Positions 9,030 to 18,327 of a stretch of DNA of 64,000 bases are shown here, piece after piece (position 1 is the first letter of the stretch; each line of letters begins with the position of its first letter). The DNA comes from a phage. Where the stretch lies: the NCBI GenBank assembly GCA_012490745.1, contig GCA_012490745.1_3925.1. One strand, 5' to 3'. Made by a program: the position numbers and the translations under genes. The notes under the pieces were generated by a model. The model worked only from the letters and a program-made list of their open reading frames with translations, was not told where the DNA came from and ran no database searches.

Positions 9030-9563
9030 CTATAATTGTAGGTTGCATTCTTTACTTACCTCTTCAAGTTTAACTTCAGAGTCCTTAAGTCGTTTCTTAT
9101 GAACTATGAATCTTAGTAGTGAGATTATGATACCAGCTAAAGGAACAGCATACAAGTACCAAACATCATATACCTTTGCAGTAATCTGTGTAATAGTCAA
9201 GTCTTGAGCTATGTAGCTGATTGCTGATACGGCTAGTAATGTTGCTAAGAAGAAAACCAGTATCATAGCAATATTCAGACAACCTCTGGCATGGTATTCA
9301 TGCTTAATGCACTTATTCTTCTCTTCAACAACACTGTTGTAGTCATTTGTAAAGTCTCTGTAGAAAGCTTTTAAGTATTCTTGAGTGTAGCCTTCAAAGC
9401 AACCTGTACCGTACCAATAATCACCACCAAAATGTGCTATGATACCAGTATCCCCATTTGGTTTGGTTACTCTTAGTGAAGTATGATGACCAGTCTTCTG
9501 ATAATCTATCTTGTATCTTTCTTCGTAAATCATTTCCCAACCCCTCTCAATCGTTTGTTCCAC
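9030..9563 (-). CDS. hypothetical membrane protein (177 aa)
   Basis: Two hydrophobic helices (LNIAMILVFFLATLLAVSAISYI, AVPLAGIIISLLRFIV). Confidence 0.5.
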   Translation of the reverse strand: MEQTIERGWEMIYEERYKIDYQKTGHHTSLRVTKPNGDTGIIAHFGGDYWYGTGCFEGYTQEYLKAFYRDFTNDYNSVVEEKNKCIKHEYHARGCLNIAMILVFFLATLLAVSAISYIAQDLTITQITAKVYDVWYLYAVPLAGIIISLLRFIVHKKRLKDSEVKLEEVSKECNLQL

Positions 9564-9748
9564 TCAAGGTCAACAAGTCTTTGCAGGACTTTCCCTCTAG
9601 GTGTTACACCTTTTAAATCTGCATCGTAGCAACGGTAAAAGTCACCTTCAGCGTGTTTACCGTAGCATTTTCTGATATTCTGGCTCCTACGATACTGCTC
9701 TAACAGGGACAGTTTGTAGTAGTCTTCAACTGTAGTTAGTTTTTTCAT
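9530..9748 (-). CDS. hypothetical protein (72 aa)
   Basis: ORF. Confidence 0.4.
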   Translation of the reverse strand: MKKLTTVEDYYKLSLLEQYRRSQNIRKCYGKHAEGDFYRCYDADLKGVTPRGKVLQRLVDLEWNKRLRGVGK

Positions 9749-10290
9749 TCTTTCACCATAGCGTTTCTGAACTGGCGTTGTGTTTCTCTTGTAATTTCGT
9801 TTGGAGTAAAACCAGCTTTTAGCATATCTCTGAAAAGAACTTCTAAATGGTTCCTCTCAATGATGTAAATAGCATTCTGAATAGCTGTTTTGCGCTCCTT
9901 CAGGTCACTACTAATCTCTTCGCACTTACTGGTAAGTTCTGTATCAACTTTCTTATAGACTGGCATAACATGTGCGTAGCAACCTTTATTAGTCTCCATG
10001 AAAAATTTAAAAGATTCTTCAGAGTCCTTTAGAGCAATCCCTATAAAGTTTTTGTAAGCACCTGTGAAAGATAAGGAATCAATCTCAGCAGTTGAGTATA
10101 CAGTCCCTGCACACAGTCTTGCAGAAGTACTGAATGTGTGGTTTGGTGTTGTGTCAAAGTCTAAGTTCTTCAGTGGTCGGAAATAAACTGTACCATTGTG
10201 TGAGATGTGTGTTACAACAGCCTCAACACTCTTTGAAGGGTTCTGTTTAACATACAAAATAATTTTATCGTGCTCTTTCACTTTAGCCAT
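9745..10290 (-). CDS. hypothetical protein (181 aa)
   Basis: ORF, 4-nt overlap with the downstream gene. Confidence 0.5.
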   Translation of the reverse strand: MAKVKEHDKIILYVKQNPSKSVEAVVTHISHNGTVYFRPLKNLDFDTTPNHTFSTSARLCAGTVYSTAEIDSLSFTGAYKNFIGIALKDSEESFKFFMETNKGCYAHVMPVYKKVDTELTSKCEEISSDLKERKTAIQNAIYIIERNHLEVLFRDMLKAGFTPNEITRETQRQFRNAMVKE

Positions 10291-10362
10291 AACTATTCTC
10301 CAGAAACTAAAAAGGGAACTACCTCTCGATAGCTCCCATCATAGTCAATATTGTATACTCGG

Positions 10363-10944
10363 TCAAGAGTATTTTTTAGGCAGTAATGCACTGCGCTTGT
10401 TACTCTCTTCACTCAATAGTGCAATGAAATCATCACTTTTACCTTTCCACGGGCTGAATGAAGGGATATGCTCACGAATGGCTTCAATCACCGTTTTCAG
10501 TGCTGTATTTTTCATCCACCAATCAGAATCTGCTGATGCTACCACGTAGTATCCACCGTCATCAGTTAAAATTGGCTCTGAAATACATGGTGAAATCAAA
10601 GTGGTGATGATTGAACCGTTGTTCATGTAGTATGTGCGCTTCATAACCTTTTCAAGAAGCTTGTGAAGGTCACCAAACAGTGTTACAAGCTCTTTGTGGT
10701 CAATGTCTTTTTCGAGATTTGCACGATACTTCAACAAAGCTGCATCAACTTCTCTGTCATTGAACTTGAAGTACTGAACTTCATCAACAAGGCAAACACT
10801 GATATTGTTGACATTCATAGTCAACTTACAAACTTTTGCGGGAGAGTTAATACTTGGCTGAAAAAGTGCAATACACCCTTCAATGTTTCCAAAATGTTGT
10901 ACTAATGTCACTTGTGGAGTGATACTTTGTTGCTCTTCGGACAT
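10363..10944 (-). CDS. hypothetical protein (193 aa)
   Basis: ORF. Confidence 0.5.
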   Translation of the reverse strand: MSEEQQSITPQVTLVQHFGNIEGCIALFQPSINSPAKVCKLTMNVNNISVCLVDEVQYFKFNDREVDAALLKYRANLEKDIDHKELVTLFGDLHKLLEKVMKRTYYMNNGSIITTLISPCISEPILTDDGGYYVVASADSDWWMKNTALKTVIEAIREHIPSFSPWKGKSDDFIALLSEESNKRSALLPKKYS

Positions 10945-11288
10945 TACAGTTTCCTCATTAAATACTTTTTAAGTTGTGTGTTAGGTTTCTCAAAAACTTC
11001 TACAGAAGATATCTTGACAGCTTCACCACGCATACCTGTATGTTTGAATATATAGTACTCTAACATCCCTATATACTTTGCTGGTAAGTCATGTTTGACA
11101 TACACTGTTATAGAATCTTCAAATTCAACAACCTTTGTACCATCTTTGTAGTTGAACTCTTTAGGATGGTTGTAGTTGTCAATATCGTACATTAAAAATA
11201 GTCTTTTCCGTTGAATGTCAAGCTTGTTGGTTAGAGACTCTTTGATATCTGAGAAGTTTTTGTAGACTACGACATGGAGCTTACTCAT
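10944..11288 (-). CDS. hypothetical protein (114 aa)
   Basis: ORF, start/stop overlap with neighbours. Confidence 0.5.
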   Translation of the reverse strand: MSKLHVVVYKNFSDIKESLTNKLDIQRKRLFLMYDIDNYNHPKEFNYKDGTKVVEFEDSITVYVKHDLPAKYIGMLEYYIFKHTGMRGEAVKISSVEVFEKPNTQLKKYLMRKL

Positions 11289-11574
11289 CGTTAAACTCTC
11301 TGACGAAGAAATAGTTGACTTTGTTGTTACCTACCATAAGGTCAAAGCAGGTATTCTCAAAAGGTTTGTTGTAGGCATCATATGAAGTGTATGTATCAGC
11401 TACTTGCTTAGTAGTGAGCTTTTTACTTGATGGATTTAAGAGGCCACCATACAGTTTCTTGATAGCCTCTTCTACAACAGACCAGATAATTTCGTCAGTA
11501 ATTTCTTCGTACAGGTCAAGTTCACGCTCTAGTGAGAAGTCACAAATAGGGAAAATAACCTGTACTTTACTCAT
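11281..11574 (-). CDS. hypothetical protein (97 aa)
   Basis: ORF. Confidence 0.45.
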   Translation of the reverse strand: MSKVQVIFPICDFSLERELDLYEEITDEIIWSVVEEAIKKLYGGLLNPSSKKLTTKQVADTYTSYDAYNKPFENTCFDLMVGNNKVNYFFVREFNDE

Positions 11575-11963
11575 TAACGAATCACCTGTGAGACTTGAAT
11601 TGCTTCAGTTACTGACAAGTCACCTACTTTCTCTTCTTTGATAAATGTGAAGGTAAGTTCAACAGGCTCTTGCTCTTCTTGCTCAACTGGAATGCCATTA
11701 AGCTCATCTCGGATTGATTGAGTTGTCCAGTCTTCTCCACCATCTGGATAATGGATGGCGTAAAGAGGAAACTCCATATCATACCAGCCAAATACAGGGC
11801 AACCATCTGCATCATCTCGCATTCTGCGAAGGGTGCTACCTGAGCCTGTAAAGCGAAGACTAATATTTCCATTACACTCAAAAATCACTGCGTCAGCAAG
11901 TCCAGCATCTTCTCGACCATCATGGCCAAAAGTGTCAACTTTTACTTGAATCTCTTTATTCAT
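11574..11963 (-). CDS. hypothetical protein (129 aa)
   Basis: ORF. Confidence 0.5.
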   Translation of the reverse strand: MNKEIQVKVDTFGHDGREDAGLADAVIFECNGNISLRFTGSGSTLRRMRDDADGCPVFGWYDMEFPLYAIHYPDGGEDWTTQSIRDELNGIPVEQEEQEPVELTFTFIKEEKVGDLSVTEAIQVSQVIR

Positions 11964-12354
11964 AAAAACCTCTCTCTGCTTGTTCGATTTTTGCTCTTAA
12001 AACTTCACAGCGTTCTATGTGATATCTGGCCTCATGCTCATGTGTTGCCAAAGTCCTTTCAAGAACTGTTTTATAGTAACTCGCAAGCTGCTCTCTTGTC
12101 AAGGGGTGTTCTGAAATAATATCAAGGCCGCTTTCACCCAGAGTATTAAACTGCCCGTGCTCATTTACATGGTAAGTTTCAAACTTGAACAGACCGTTGT
12201 TAGCAGATTCAATAGGTGAGAGTTCAGCCAACTCAACAGTGAACATTGTGTGTACCCTATCACCAACTGTAACAATGTTACTACCAATGATTCTCACCAT
12301 AGAGCCATTACGAGTGTACTTAAAAGTCCCAAAGTCACTAGCCCAAAGTTTCAT
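11956..12354 (-). CDS. hypothetical protein (132 aa)
   Basis: ORF. Confidence 0.5.
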   Translation of the reverse strand: MKLWASDFGTFKYTRNGSMVRIIGSNIVTVGDRVHTMFTVELAELSPIESANNGLFKFETYHVNEHGQFNTLGESGLDIISEHPLTREQLASYYKTVLERTLATHEHEARYHIERCEVLRAKIEQAERGFYE

Positions 12355-12369
12355 AGTTTTCTCCTTAGA

Positions 12370-12396
12370 AAATAAAAAAGGCTCCCGAAGGAGCCT
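12370..12396 (-). terminator. Rho-independent terminator (ggctcc-cgaa-ggagcc with flanking A/T runs)
   Basis: Perfect 6-bp GC stem with tetraloop and T run on the minus strand after the lysozyme stop. Confidence 0.6.
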
Positions 12397-12405
12397 ATGA
12401 AGATA

Positions 12406-12870
12406 TTACTTTGGGTATACACTGTCAAGATAAATGTCAGCTTCCATTCTACGTCTGTTTTTCAGGCCGTTTGAAGTGACCTTCTGACCTTTGACTGTAA
12501 CCTTGTTCCACCACTGCATAGCTTCTGCACAACCTACCTTATTACCAGCGTTGTGGCGCTTGATAAATGTGGAATCCTGCATAGCTGTGATACCGATGTT
12601 GTATGTTTCACTTACAAGTGCATCAAACTCGTTCTGAGAAGTTGGAACCTTGATGGCTTTATTCACTGCTGCAACGAATTTTTCAACATCTGCAAGAAGA
12701 TACTGTTCAGCTTGTTCAGCAGTAATTTTCATACCCATCTTAACAGGCTTTCCGTCAATACGGATTGTCCCATACCCGATTGTTGGGATTCCGGCAGAGT
12801 CTTCGTAAGCCTCTAACTTCAGACCTTCGAAGAACTTAATAGCATCTAAACCTTTTCTTGAGAGTTGCAT
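12406..12870 (-). CDS. endolysin, T4-lysozyme-like GH24 muramidase (154 aa)
   Basis: Catalytic motif EGLKLEAYEDSAGIPTIGYG matches the E...D...T triad region of T4 lysozyme. Confidence 0.85.
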   Translation of the reverse strand: MQLSRKGLDAIKFFEGLKLEAYEDSAGIPTIGYGTIRIDGKPVKMGMKITAEQAEQYLLADVEKFVAAVNKAIKVPTSQNEFDALVSETYNIGITAMQDSTFIKRHNAGNKVGCAEAMQWWNKVTVKGQKVTSNGLKNRRRMEADIYLDSVYPK

Positions 12871-14003
12871 TACGCCTCCCCTGCTGGGTTAACTGTAACT
12901 GTTGCCGCATTAGATGTTACAGAGCCACCTGCACCAGTAACTACACAGGTGTAGCTTCCTGAATCAGCAGCGGTTGCACCTTCTTTGGTGTAAGTTGCAG
13001 TAGTTGCATCGAGGATGTCTTCCTCACCTTTCTTCCACTGGTAACCTGTTGCACCTGTTGCTACAACGTTAAGTGTTAATGTCTCACCTTCAGTGATTTC
13101 CTGATTGGTTGGCTGTTGAGTGATTACCGGAAGTGCTTTAACAGTAACTGTTGCAGGGCTAGAAGTAACAGAACCACCTGCACCTGTTACAACGCAAGTG
13201 TATGAACCTGCATCTGCTGGCAGAGCACCAGACTTGCTATAGGTAGCATTTGTCGCTGAAGGAATGTCAGAGCCATCTTTCTTCCATTGGTAACCAGTTG
13301 CACCAGTTGCAGTAACTGCTAAGTTGATGTTTCCACCTTCATTAATAGTCTGGTTAGAAGGTTGCTTGGTAATCACAGGTAGTGCGTTCACAGTCACTGT
13401 TGCTGCATCTGAGGTAACACTTGTTCCACCCTCTCCAGATACAACACAAGTGTATGAACCAGCGTCAGAAGGTGCTACTGACTGTTTTGTGTAAGTTGCA
13501 GAATTGGCACTAGGGATATTCTCACCATCCTTCTTCCACTGATATCCAGTGGCATTAGTTGCTAGAATGCTTAGAGTAAGTGTGCCACCATCATTGACTG
13601 TTTGACCTGTTGGTTGCTGAGTAATTGCTGGTGGCTTAATAGCATCCTTCAACTTAGCATTCAACATTGAGAACGGCTTAACTCTTGCCAACCATTCACA
13701 GTAAATTGTGTCAACATCTTTACCATTGATGATTGCATACTGCAAATCCATGAAGAAATCAGCAGTTCTCATCTGTGCACCAACACTGTAAAGCAATTCA
13801 TCACTAAATGGAACTTTGTAGTCTGGTTTGTAGTCAAACTTCTCAACTTCTGCAATATCAGCTTCAGGCCAATACGAGCTATAGGTAAGTGGTAAAATAG
13901 CCTCTTGATATGTTCTAAAATCATATCTCTTACCAGCCTTTACGTTTGCAATGAAGCCCTTCACAAACTCTTTGAAGTCTGGGTAAGTCTTTGCTTTAAT
14001 CAT
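12870..14003 (-). CDS. protein with N-terminal domain paralogous to the upstream gene plus three tandem Ig-like repeats (377 aa)
   Basis: Three ~90-aa repeats (QPTxQT(V/I)NxGG...ATGATGYQWKKDG...YT...AGSYTCVV(T/S)GxGGSVTS...ATVTV); ATGA overlap with 14000-14371. Confidence 0.65.
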   Translation of the reverse strand: MIKAKTYPDFKEFVKGFIANVKAGKRYDFRTYQEAILPLTYSSYWPEADIAEVEKFDYKPDYKVPFSDELLYSVGAQMRTADFFMDLQYAIINGKDVDTIYCEWLARVKPFSMLNAKLKDAIKPPAITQQPTGQTVNDGGTLTLSILATNATGYQWKKDGENIPSANSATYTKQSVAPSDAGSYTCVVSGEGGTSVTSDAATVTVNALPVITKQPSNQTINEGGNINLAVTATGATGYQWKKDGSDIPSATNATYSKSGALPADAGSYTCVVTGAGGSVTSSPATVTVKALPVITQQPTNQEITEGETLTLNVVATGATGYQWKKGEEDILDATTATYTKEGATAADSGSYTCVVTGAGGSVTSNAATVTVNPAGEA

Positions 14004-14371
14004 TTCTTTTCAGCCTCTAAATGTGCGTTTAGTCTAAAATAACCTTTGTGATTCGGAGATACATCACCAACGACAATACCTTTAACCTTATAACCTTTAC
14101 CAATTACATACTGGATATCCATAAGGAATCTTCCAAGACCAACAATATGGAACATTGGGTATAATAGATTCTCAGAGTCTGGAATATTGATTTCAGGTTT
14201 GTAGGTACGCTGTTCGCTTGTTGGTGTAATATCTTCTTCAGGCCATTTACTGAGTCTCCATGTCAAAGGTGTTGGGATAACATCATTAAGGTTGTACCTT
14301 TCACCATTTTGCACGGAATTGATATAGGATTGTAGGAAGCAATAAAAGTCTTTTGCACTCTTAGCTTTCAT
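14000..14371 (-). CDS. hypothetical protein (123 aa), paralog of the N-terminal domain of 12870-14003
   Basis: Shared motifs MKAK...Y.F...GERY...WPEEDI...YKP...LLY...FLMDLQY.IGKG. Confidence 0.55.
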   Translation of the reverse strand: MKAKSAKDFYCFLQSYINSVQNGERYNLNDVIPTPLTWRLSKWPEEDITPTSEQRTYKPEINIPDSENLLYPMFHIVGLGRFLMDIQYVIGKGYKVKGIVVGDVSPNHKGYFRLNAHLEAEKK

Positions 14372-14418
14372 TAAATATCCTTATAAATAGTTAAAGGGGC
14401 ATAAGCCCCTATTCACAC

Positions 14419-15009
14419 TTAAGCTTTGGTCTTAAGTAGGTTCTTAAGTTTTTTAAGATTCATACTCTCATCAAACTTAAAACCAAATCCATTGACATAA
14501 TCAATGAAATCGGATTTCTTACTGAGTGACAATGCGTAACTCATATCAAAGTTCTTACTTGTTTCTGCGTCTGGACTAGAGTTCACATCAAATGAAATTT
14601 CCGTAGGCTCTTGCTTACTTTTTCTCATATTATCAACCAACAAACATGTATAGTTTGCTGGATAGAAATTTACACTACCATCAACGTAGCTGTACTTATT
14701 ATTATGGATAAGGTTGGAAAAGACCTTAAGGAATGTTTCTGAGTCGTGGCAAACAAGTTTGAATTGACTGCTCTCTCCAAGCGCAACTAATGAATACGGA
14801 CTTTCACTATCAAAGTCATAATTTGGATTAGATGCCGTCACTGTTACACGCATCAAGTTATTAGCAATAGTCTTCTGTTTAAAAGAATTTTGAACATAGT
14901 GAAGACCTCTATCACACTGATTGACTAGCTCTTTAAGAAGGTCATTTGCATATGGTGAATTAATTGATACAGAGCCATCACTATTGTAATTAAAACTTAC
15001 TGTTAACAT
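14419..15009 (-). CDS. hypothetical protein (196 aa)
   Basis: ORF. Confidence 0.5.
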   Translation of the reverse strand: MLTVSFNYNSDGSVSINSPYANDLLKELVNQCDRGLHYVQNSFKQKTIANNLMRVTVTASNPNYDFDSESPYSLVALGESSQFKLVCHDSETFLKVFSNLIHNNKYSYVDGSVNFYPANYTCLLVDNMRKSKQEPTEISFDVNSSPDAETSKNFDMSYALSLSKKSDFIDYVNGFGFKFDESMNLKKLKNLLKTKA

Positions 15010-15236
15010 TTTTCAGTTCTCCTGCGATTTATAATTTTGCTGCAATAGAGAAACGAAGTAAACTCACTGGAAGAAACCATTAAGTGTTGTTCACTAGATT
15101 GAGCCATTGCCCTGAAATACATTCCAGTCAAAGCATCATAGTGACTATTCTTTCCAATTGAGGTTATATAGCCATGACTCTTTGCAGTTTGATATAAATC
15201 TATAATATCTGCGATTTCTAATTGGGAACTACACAT
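15003..15236 (-). CDS. hypothetical protein (77 aa)
   Basis: ORF. Confidence 0.4.
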   Translation of the reverse strand: MCSSQLEIADIIDLYQTAKSHGYITSIGKNSHYDALTGMYFRAMAQSSEQHLMVSSSEFTSFLYCSKIINRRRTEKC

Positions 15237-15400
15237 AGATAATCCTCTTGTCTTCTGTAATTTTGAAAGAACAGGTACAGACCAATTTCAGAGGATGAAT
15301 AGTAGATTAACTCTACCCTTTTTGATTCCTTACAGTGATTGGTATTCTTACCTTTCTTCGGTTTATTTGATTTTCTCATTAAGTCTCCTTTGTAGAACAA
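15218..15400 (-). CDS. hypothetical small basic protein (60 aa)
   Basis: ORF, first gene after the divergent promoter region. Confidence 0.35.
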   Translation of the reverse strand: MFYKGDLMRKSNKPKKGKNTNHCKESKRVELIYYSSSEIGLYLFFQNYRRQEDYLCVVPN

Positions 15401-15474
15401 GGCAGACCTACAGCTTTAACTAAGATGGTACAGTAATCCATACAACAAGTCAAGAACTATTGCAAGTTAAAAAA

Positions 15475-15516
15475 GTTGTTGACAAAGTACTTGACAAGGT
15501 GTAGGCTTATAAATAC
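15475..15516. promoter_or_regulatory. Divergent promoter region with tandem TTGACA boxes (gttgttgacaaagtacttgacaaggtg)
   Basis: A-tract plus two -35-like hexamers 13 nt apart; near-identical motif at 58173-58207. Confidence 0.5.
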
Positions 15517-15628
15517 TTAGAAGATAACTTAAAAGGTTCCTCTAAAAAGGCTATTTAAACAGATATCTTTCTGGATATCTATCTTTTATCTTAAAAGCCT
15601 TTTAAGAGGTCTTATAAGAGGCATACCA

Positions 15629-16000
15629 ATGAAAAACAGAACAAACAAAGGCCAGTTTAAAAAAGGCCAATCTGGAAACCCATCTGGAAGACCAAAAGGC
15701 TCTCGCAACAAAAGCTCACTTGTAAAAGCTCAACTGACCATTGACAATTCTGCTGAGTTTGCTGCAAAGTTATTTGAAGCGATTGTTACAAGGGATGCTG
15801 CTAAGCTTGCAGAGTTCGGGTTAAACACAGACGATGTAACCATCAAGAGTATGATTGAGGTCGGTAAAACTATCATGACTCACTCAGCAGGTGAGATGAA
15901 AGCAATTGCAGCAGACACTAAGAAGACTCCTGATAACAGTGGTCAGTCTCAGACAGACAACAAACCAACGTTCTCTGCTGTTGCAACCCTTAAAAAATAA
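15629..16000 (+). CDS. hypothetical protein with N-terminal KGQSGNPSGRPKG motif (123 aa)
   Basis: Basic Gly/Pro-rich N-terminus; the motif recalls uncharacterised phage protein families. Confidence 0.55.
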   Translation: MKNRTNKGQFKKGQSGNPSGRPKGSRNKSSLVKAQLTIDNSAEFAAKLFEAIVTRDAAKLAEFGLNTDDVTIKSMIEVGKTIMTHSAGEMKAIAADTKKTPDNSGQSQTDNKPTFSAVATLKK

Positions 16001-16081
16001 TTTTAAAAGATGTTGACAGACTCTATAAAGTTACTCTAAAGTCTGTCACATCAAACAACAAATGAGAGAAGAGAGTAAAAT

Positions 16082-17497
16082 ATGAGCGAGTTATTTAAAC
16101 ATGCGCACCTTCATGCAGGTCGAACTGAAAATGGTGCTGTAAACCATACTTCATCAATGTCTGCTCTTGTAGATTTTTACAAAGCTGCTGGTTCAAGCCG
16201 TAGCAATGTAGAAATCTTACCAGACTTGTTCTACAAAGCTTTGCGTGAGGATGTTGATGTTGCAGTTCGTATTTTACTGCATATGCGAGATGTACGAGAA
16301 GGTATGGGTGAGCGTAAAGCCTTCAGAACTGTTTTGCTTCAAGCGATTGAAGATAAAGTTTTAGAACCTACACAGGTTCTTCGCATTATGGATAAGATTG
16401 CAGAACTTGGTCGTTTTGATGACTTCAAAATCTTCGTAGGTACTCGTTTCGAGACAGATGCCTTCAAACATTTAGAAGCAGCATTACTAGACCATGCAAC
16501 AGCAGGTTTAGCAGCTAAGTGGTTGCCACGAGTAAAACCACGCCACAAACAGTTTGTAAAACGTTTCTGCAAGTTTGCCAACTTGAGTGAGAAAGAGTAC
16601 CGCACACTGTTGTCTGCACTATCTGATACAGTTGAGCAAAAAATCTCTGCTAATGAGTTTGGTAAGATTGATTACAGCAAGATTCCTTCACTTGCTGCTG
16701 CACGTTACCAAAAACTCTTTAACCGTAAAGATGGAGAGCGCTACAAAGCTTACATCGAGTCCTTATCAAAGGGTGAGACTAAGATTAATGCTGGTGCTGT
16801 TTACCCATACGATGTGATTAAATCTGTTAAGTATGGTAATGCAGATGTTGCTAATGAGCAGTGGAAAGCACTACCAAACTGGATGGCAGAGGGTGAAAAC
16901 ATTCTATGTATGTCTGATGTTTCAAGTTCAATGTCTTGGGTGAATTTTGGTTCAATTACTGCTCTTGATATTGGTGTTTCACTTGCATTGTATGTAGCAG
17001 AACGTAATACAGGTTGCTTTAAGAATGAGTTGATGGTTTATTCAACAAACCCTCACTTCATTGAACTGAGTGGTGATTTACGAAACCGTCATCGTCAGGT
17101 AATGCGTCATGTTGAATACGGTTCAACTAACTTACAAGCAGCTTTTGACCGCATTCTTGAGACAGGTAAGAGAAACAACTTGACTCAGAAAGATATGCCA
17201 AGTAAGCTTATCATCTTCTCTGATATGGAGTTCAATCAGGTTGACGGTGCAAATGGTCGTACAAACTTTGAAGCAATTCGTAGTAAGTACAAAAAAGCTG
17301 GATACGAAATGCCACAACTGGTATTCTGGTACTTAGCAAACCGTAGTGGTACTTGCGAAGTGTCTGTTAAGGATAACGGTGTAGCAATGGTATCAGGGTT
17401 CTCTCCAGCCACTTTAAAAGCTCTGCTTGGTGGTGAGAAGTTTGACCCAACCAGCGTAATGCTCAAAGCAGTAATGATTGACCGTTACATCTGGTAA
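16082..17497 (+). CDS. putative vWA/MIDAS-like domain protein (471 aa)
   Basis: Possible MIDAS-like D-x-S-x-S (MSDVSSSMS) followed by hydrophobic beta-strand-like segments and IIFSDMEF. Confidence 0.45.
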   Translation: MSELFKHAHLHAGRTENGAVNHTSSMSALVDFYKAAGSSRSNVEILPDLFYKALREDVDVAVRILLHMRDVREGMGERKAFRTVLLQAIEDKVLEPTQVLRIMDKIAELGRFDDFKIFVGTRFETDAFKHLEAALLDHATAGLAAKWLPRVKPRHKQFVKRFCKFANLSEKEYRTLLSALSDTVEQKISANEFGKIDYSKIPSLAAARYQKLFNRKDGERYKAYIESLSKGETKINAGAVYPYDVIKSVKYGNADVANEQWKALPNWMAEGENILCMSDVSSSMSWVNFGSITALDIGVSLALYVAERNTGCFKNELMVYSTNPHFIELSGDLRNRHRQVMRHVEYGSTNLQAAFDRILETGKRNNLTQKDMPSKLIIFSDMEFNQVDGANGRTNFEAIRSKYKKAGYEMPQLVFWYLANRSGTCEVSVKDNGVAMVSGFSPATLKALLGGEKFDPTSVMLKAVMIDRYIW

Positions 17498-17499
17498 AA

Positions 17500-17545
17500 A
17501 GTTTTAAAAAGGGTATTGACAATGTGTTTAATACCCTTTAATATG
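17500..17545 (+). promoter_or_regulatory. Sigma70-like promoter TTGACA-17nt-TAATAT upstream of the tRNA array
   Basis: gggtaTTGACAatgtgtttaataccctTTAATATg; second candidate TTGACA at 17609. Confidence 0.55.
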
Positions 17546-17662
17546 TTCTACATAGAAACGAAATGAGAGCTTTTCTAAGATACTGAAAAATATTTTAAAA
17601 AAGTTCTTGACAACCACTAAAAAATAATGTTAAAGTGGTTACATAGAGTTTGAAAAGTTTAT

Positions 17663-17739
17663 CTCTGTTTAGCTCAGCTTGGTAGAGCGTTCCGTTTGGG
17701 GCGGTAAGGCCGGAGGTTCAAGTCCTCCAACAGAGACCA
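17663..17739 (+). tRNA. tRNA-Pro (anticodon TGG)
   Basis: Acceptor ctctgtt/aacagag, T-arm ggagg-ttcaagt-cctcc, anticodon loop tttgggg, CCA encoded. Confidence 0.6.
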
Positions 17740-17746
17740 AATTAAT

Positions 17747-17824
17747 GTTCCAGTAGACAAAATGGTAAAGTCACCACTCTTTCAAAGTGGATATCTGAGG
17801 GTTCAAATCCCTTCTGGAACGCCA
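17747..17824 (+). tRNA. tRNA-Glu (TTC)
   Basis: Acceptor gttccag/ctggaac, anticodon arm ccact-ctttcaa-agtgg, T-loop ttcaaat, discriminator G. Confidence 0.7.
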
Positions 17825-17915
17825 GTTTTGACAGAAGACCAATTACAGCAAACTTAATCTTATTCATCTGAAGGTAAATCGGACAAAGAAGAGATTTGGT
17901 CTGGTCATTAAGAAT

Positions 17916-17992
17916 TGCGGGTATAGAGAAAGGGCGTCTCACATGTCTCATTAGCATGGTATCGGCAGGTTCGACTCCTGCACCCGCCTCCA
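17916..17992 (+). tRNA. tRNA-Met (CAT); possibly initiator
   Basis: Anticodon arm catgt-ctcatta-gcatg, T-arm gcagg-ttcgact-cctgc, 1:72 mismatch. Confidence 0.55.
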
Positions 17993-18069
17993 ATTTTGCA
18001 GAAGACCGTATTCAGCAACAAAATACTTTTTGCGGATAAAAGAAAAAACACGGTCTGGCAATGTATTAA

Positions 18070-18146
18070 GGTTAGGAAGCACATAAGGTATGTGCGGTCG
18101 CCTGTTAAGCGAATGGCACAGGGTTCGAATCCCTGACTAACCGCCA
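18070..18146 (+). tRNA. tRNA-Asn (GTT)
   Basis: Anticodon loop ctgttaa, T-arm caggg-ttcgaat-ccctg, CCA encoded. Confidence 0.65.
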
Positions 18147-18155
18147 AATTTAAAT

Positions 18156-18243
18156 GTGTCGTTATCCCGTAGATGGTAGCGGTGGGGACTGTAAATCCCT
18201 TGTCATTGAGACTCGGTAGGTTCGACTCCTACACGGCACACCA
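18156..18243 (+). tRNA. tRNA-Tyr (GTA), class II
   Basis: Anticodon arm gggga-ctgtaaa-tccct, long variable arm ttgtcattgagactcg, T-arm gtagg-ttcgact-cctac. Confidence 0.7.
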
Positions 18244-18249
18244 AATAAA

Positions 18250-18327
18250 GGTTATGTAGTTTAATCTGGTTAAAATACTCCCCTGTCACGGGAGATGATG
18301 AGGGTTCAAATCCCTTCGTAACCGCCA
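18250..18327 (+). tRNA. tRNA-Asp (GTC)
   Basis: Anticodon arm ctccc-ctgtcac-gggag, T-loop ttcaaat, discriminator G. Confidence 0.7.
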
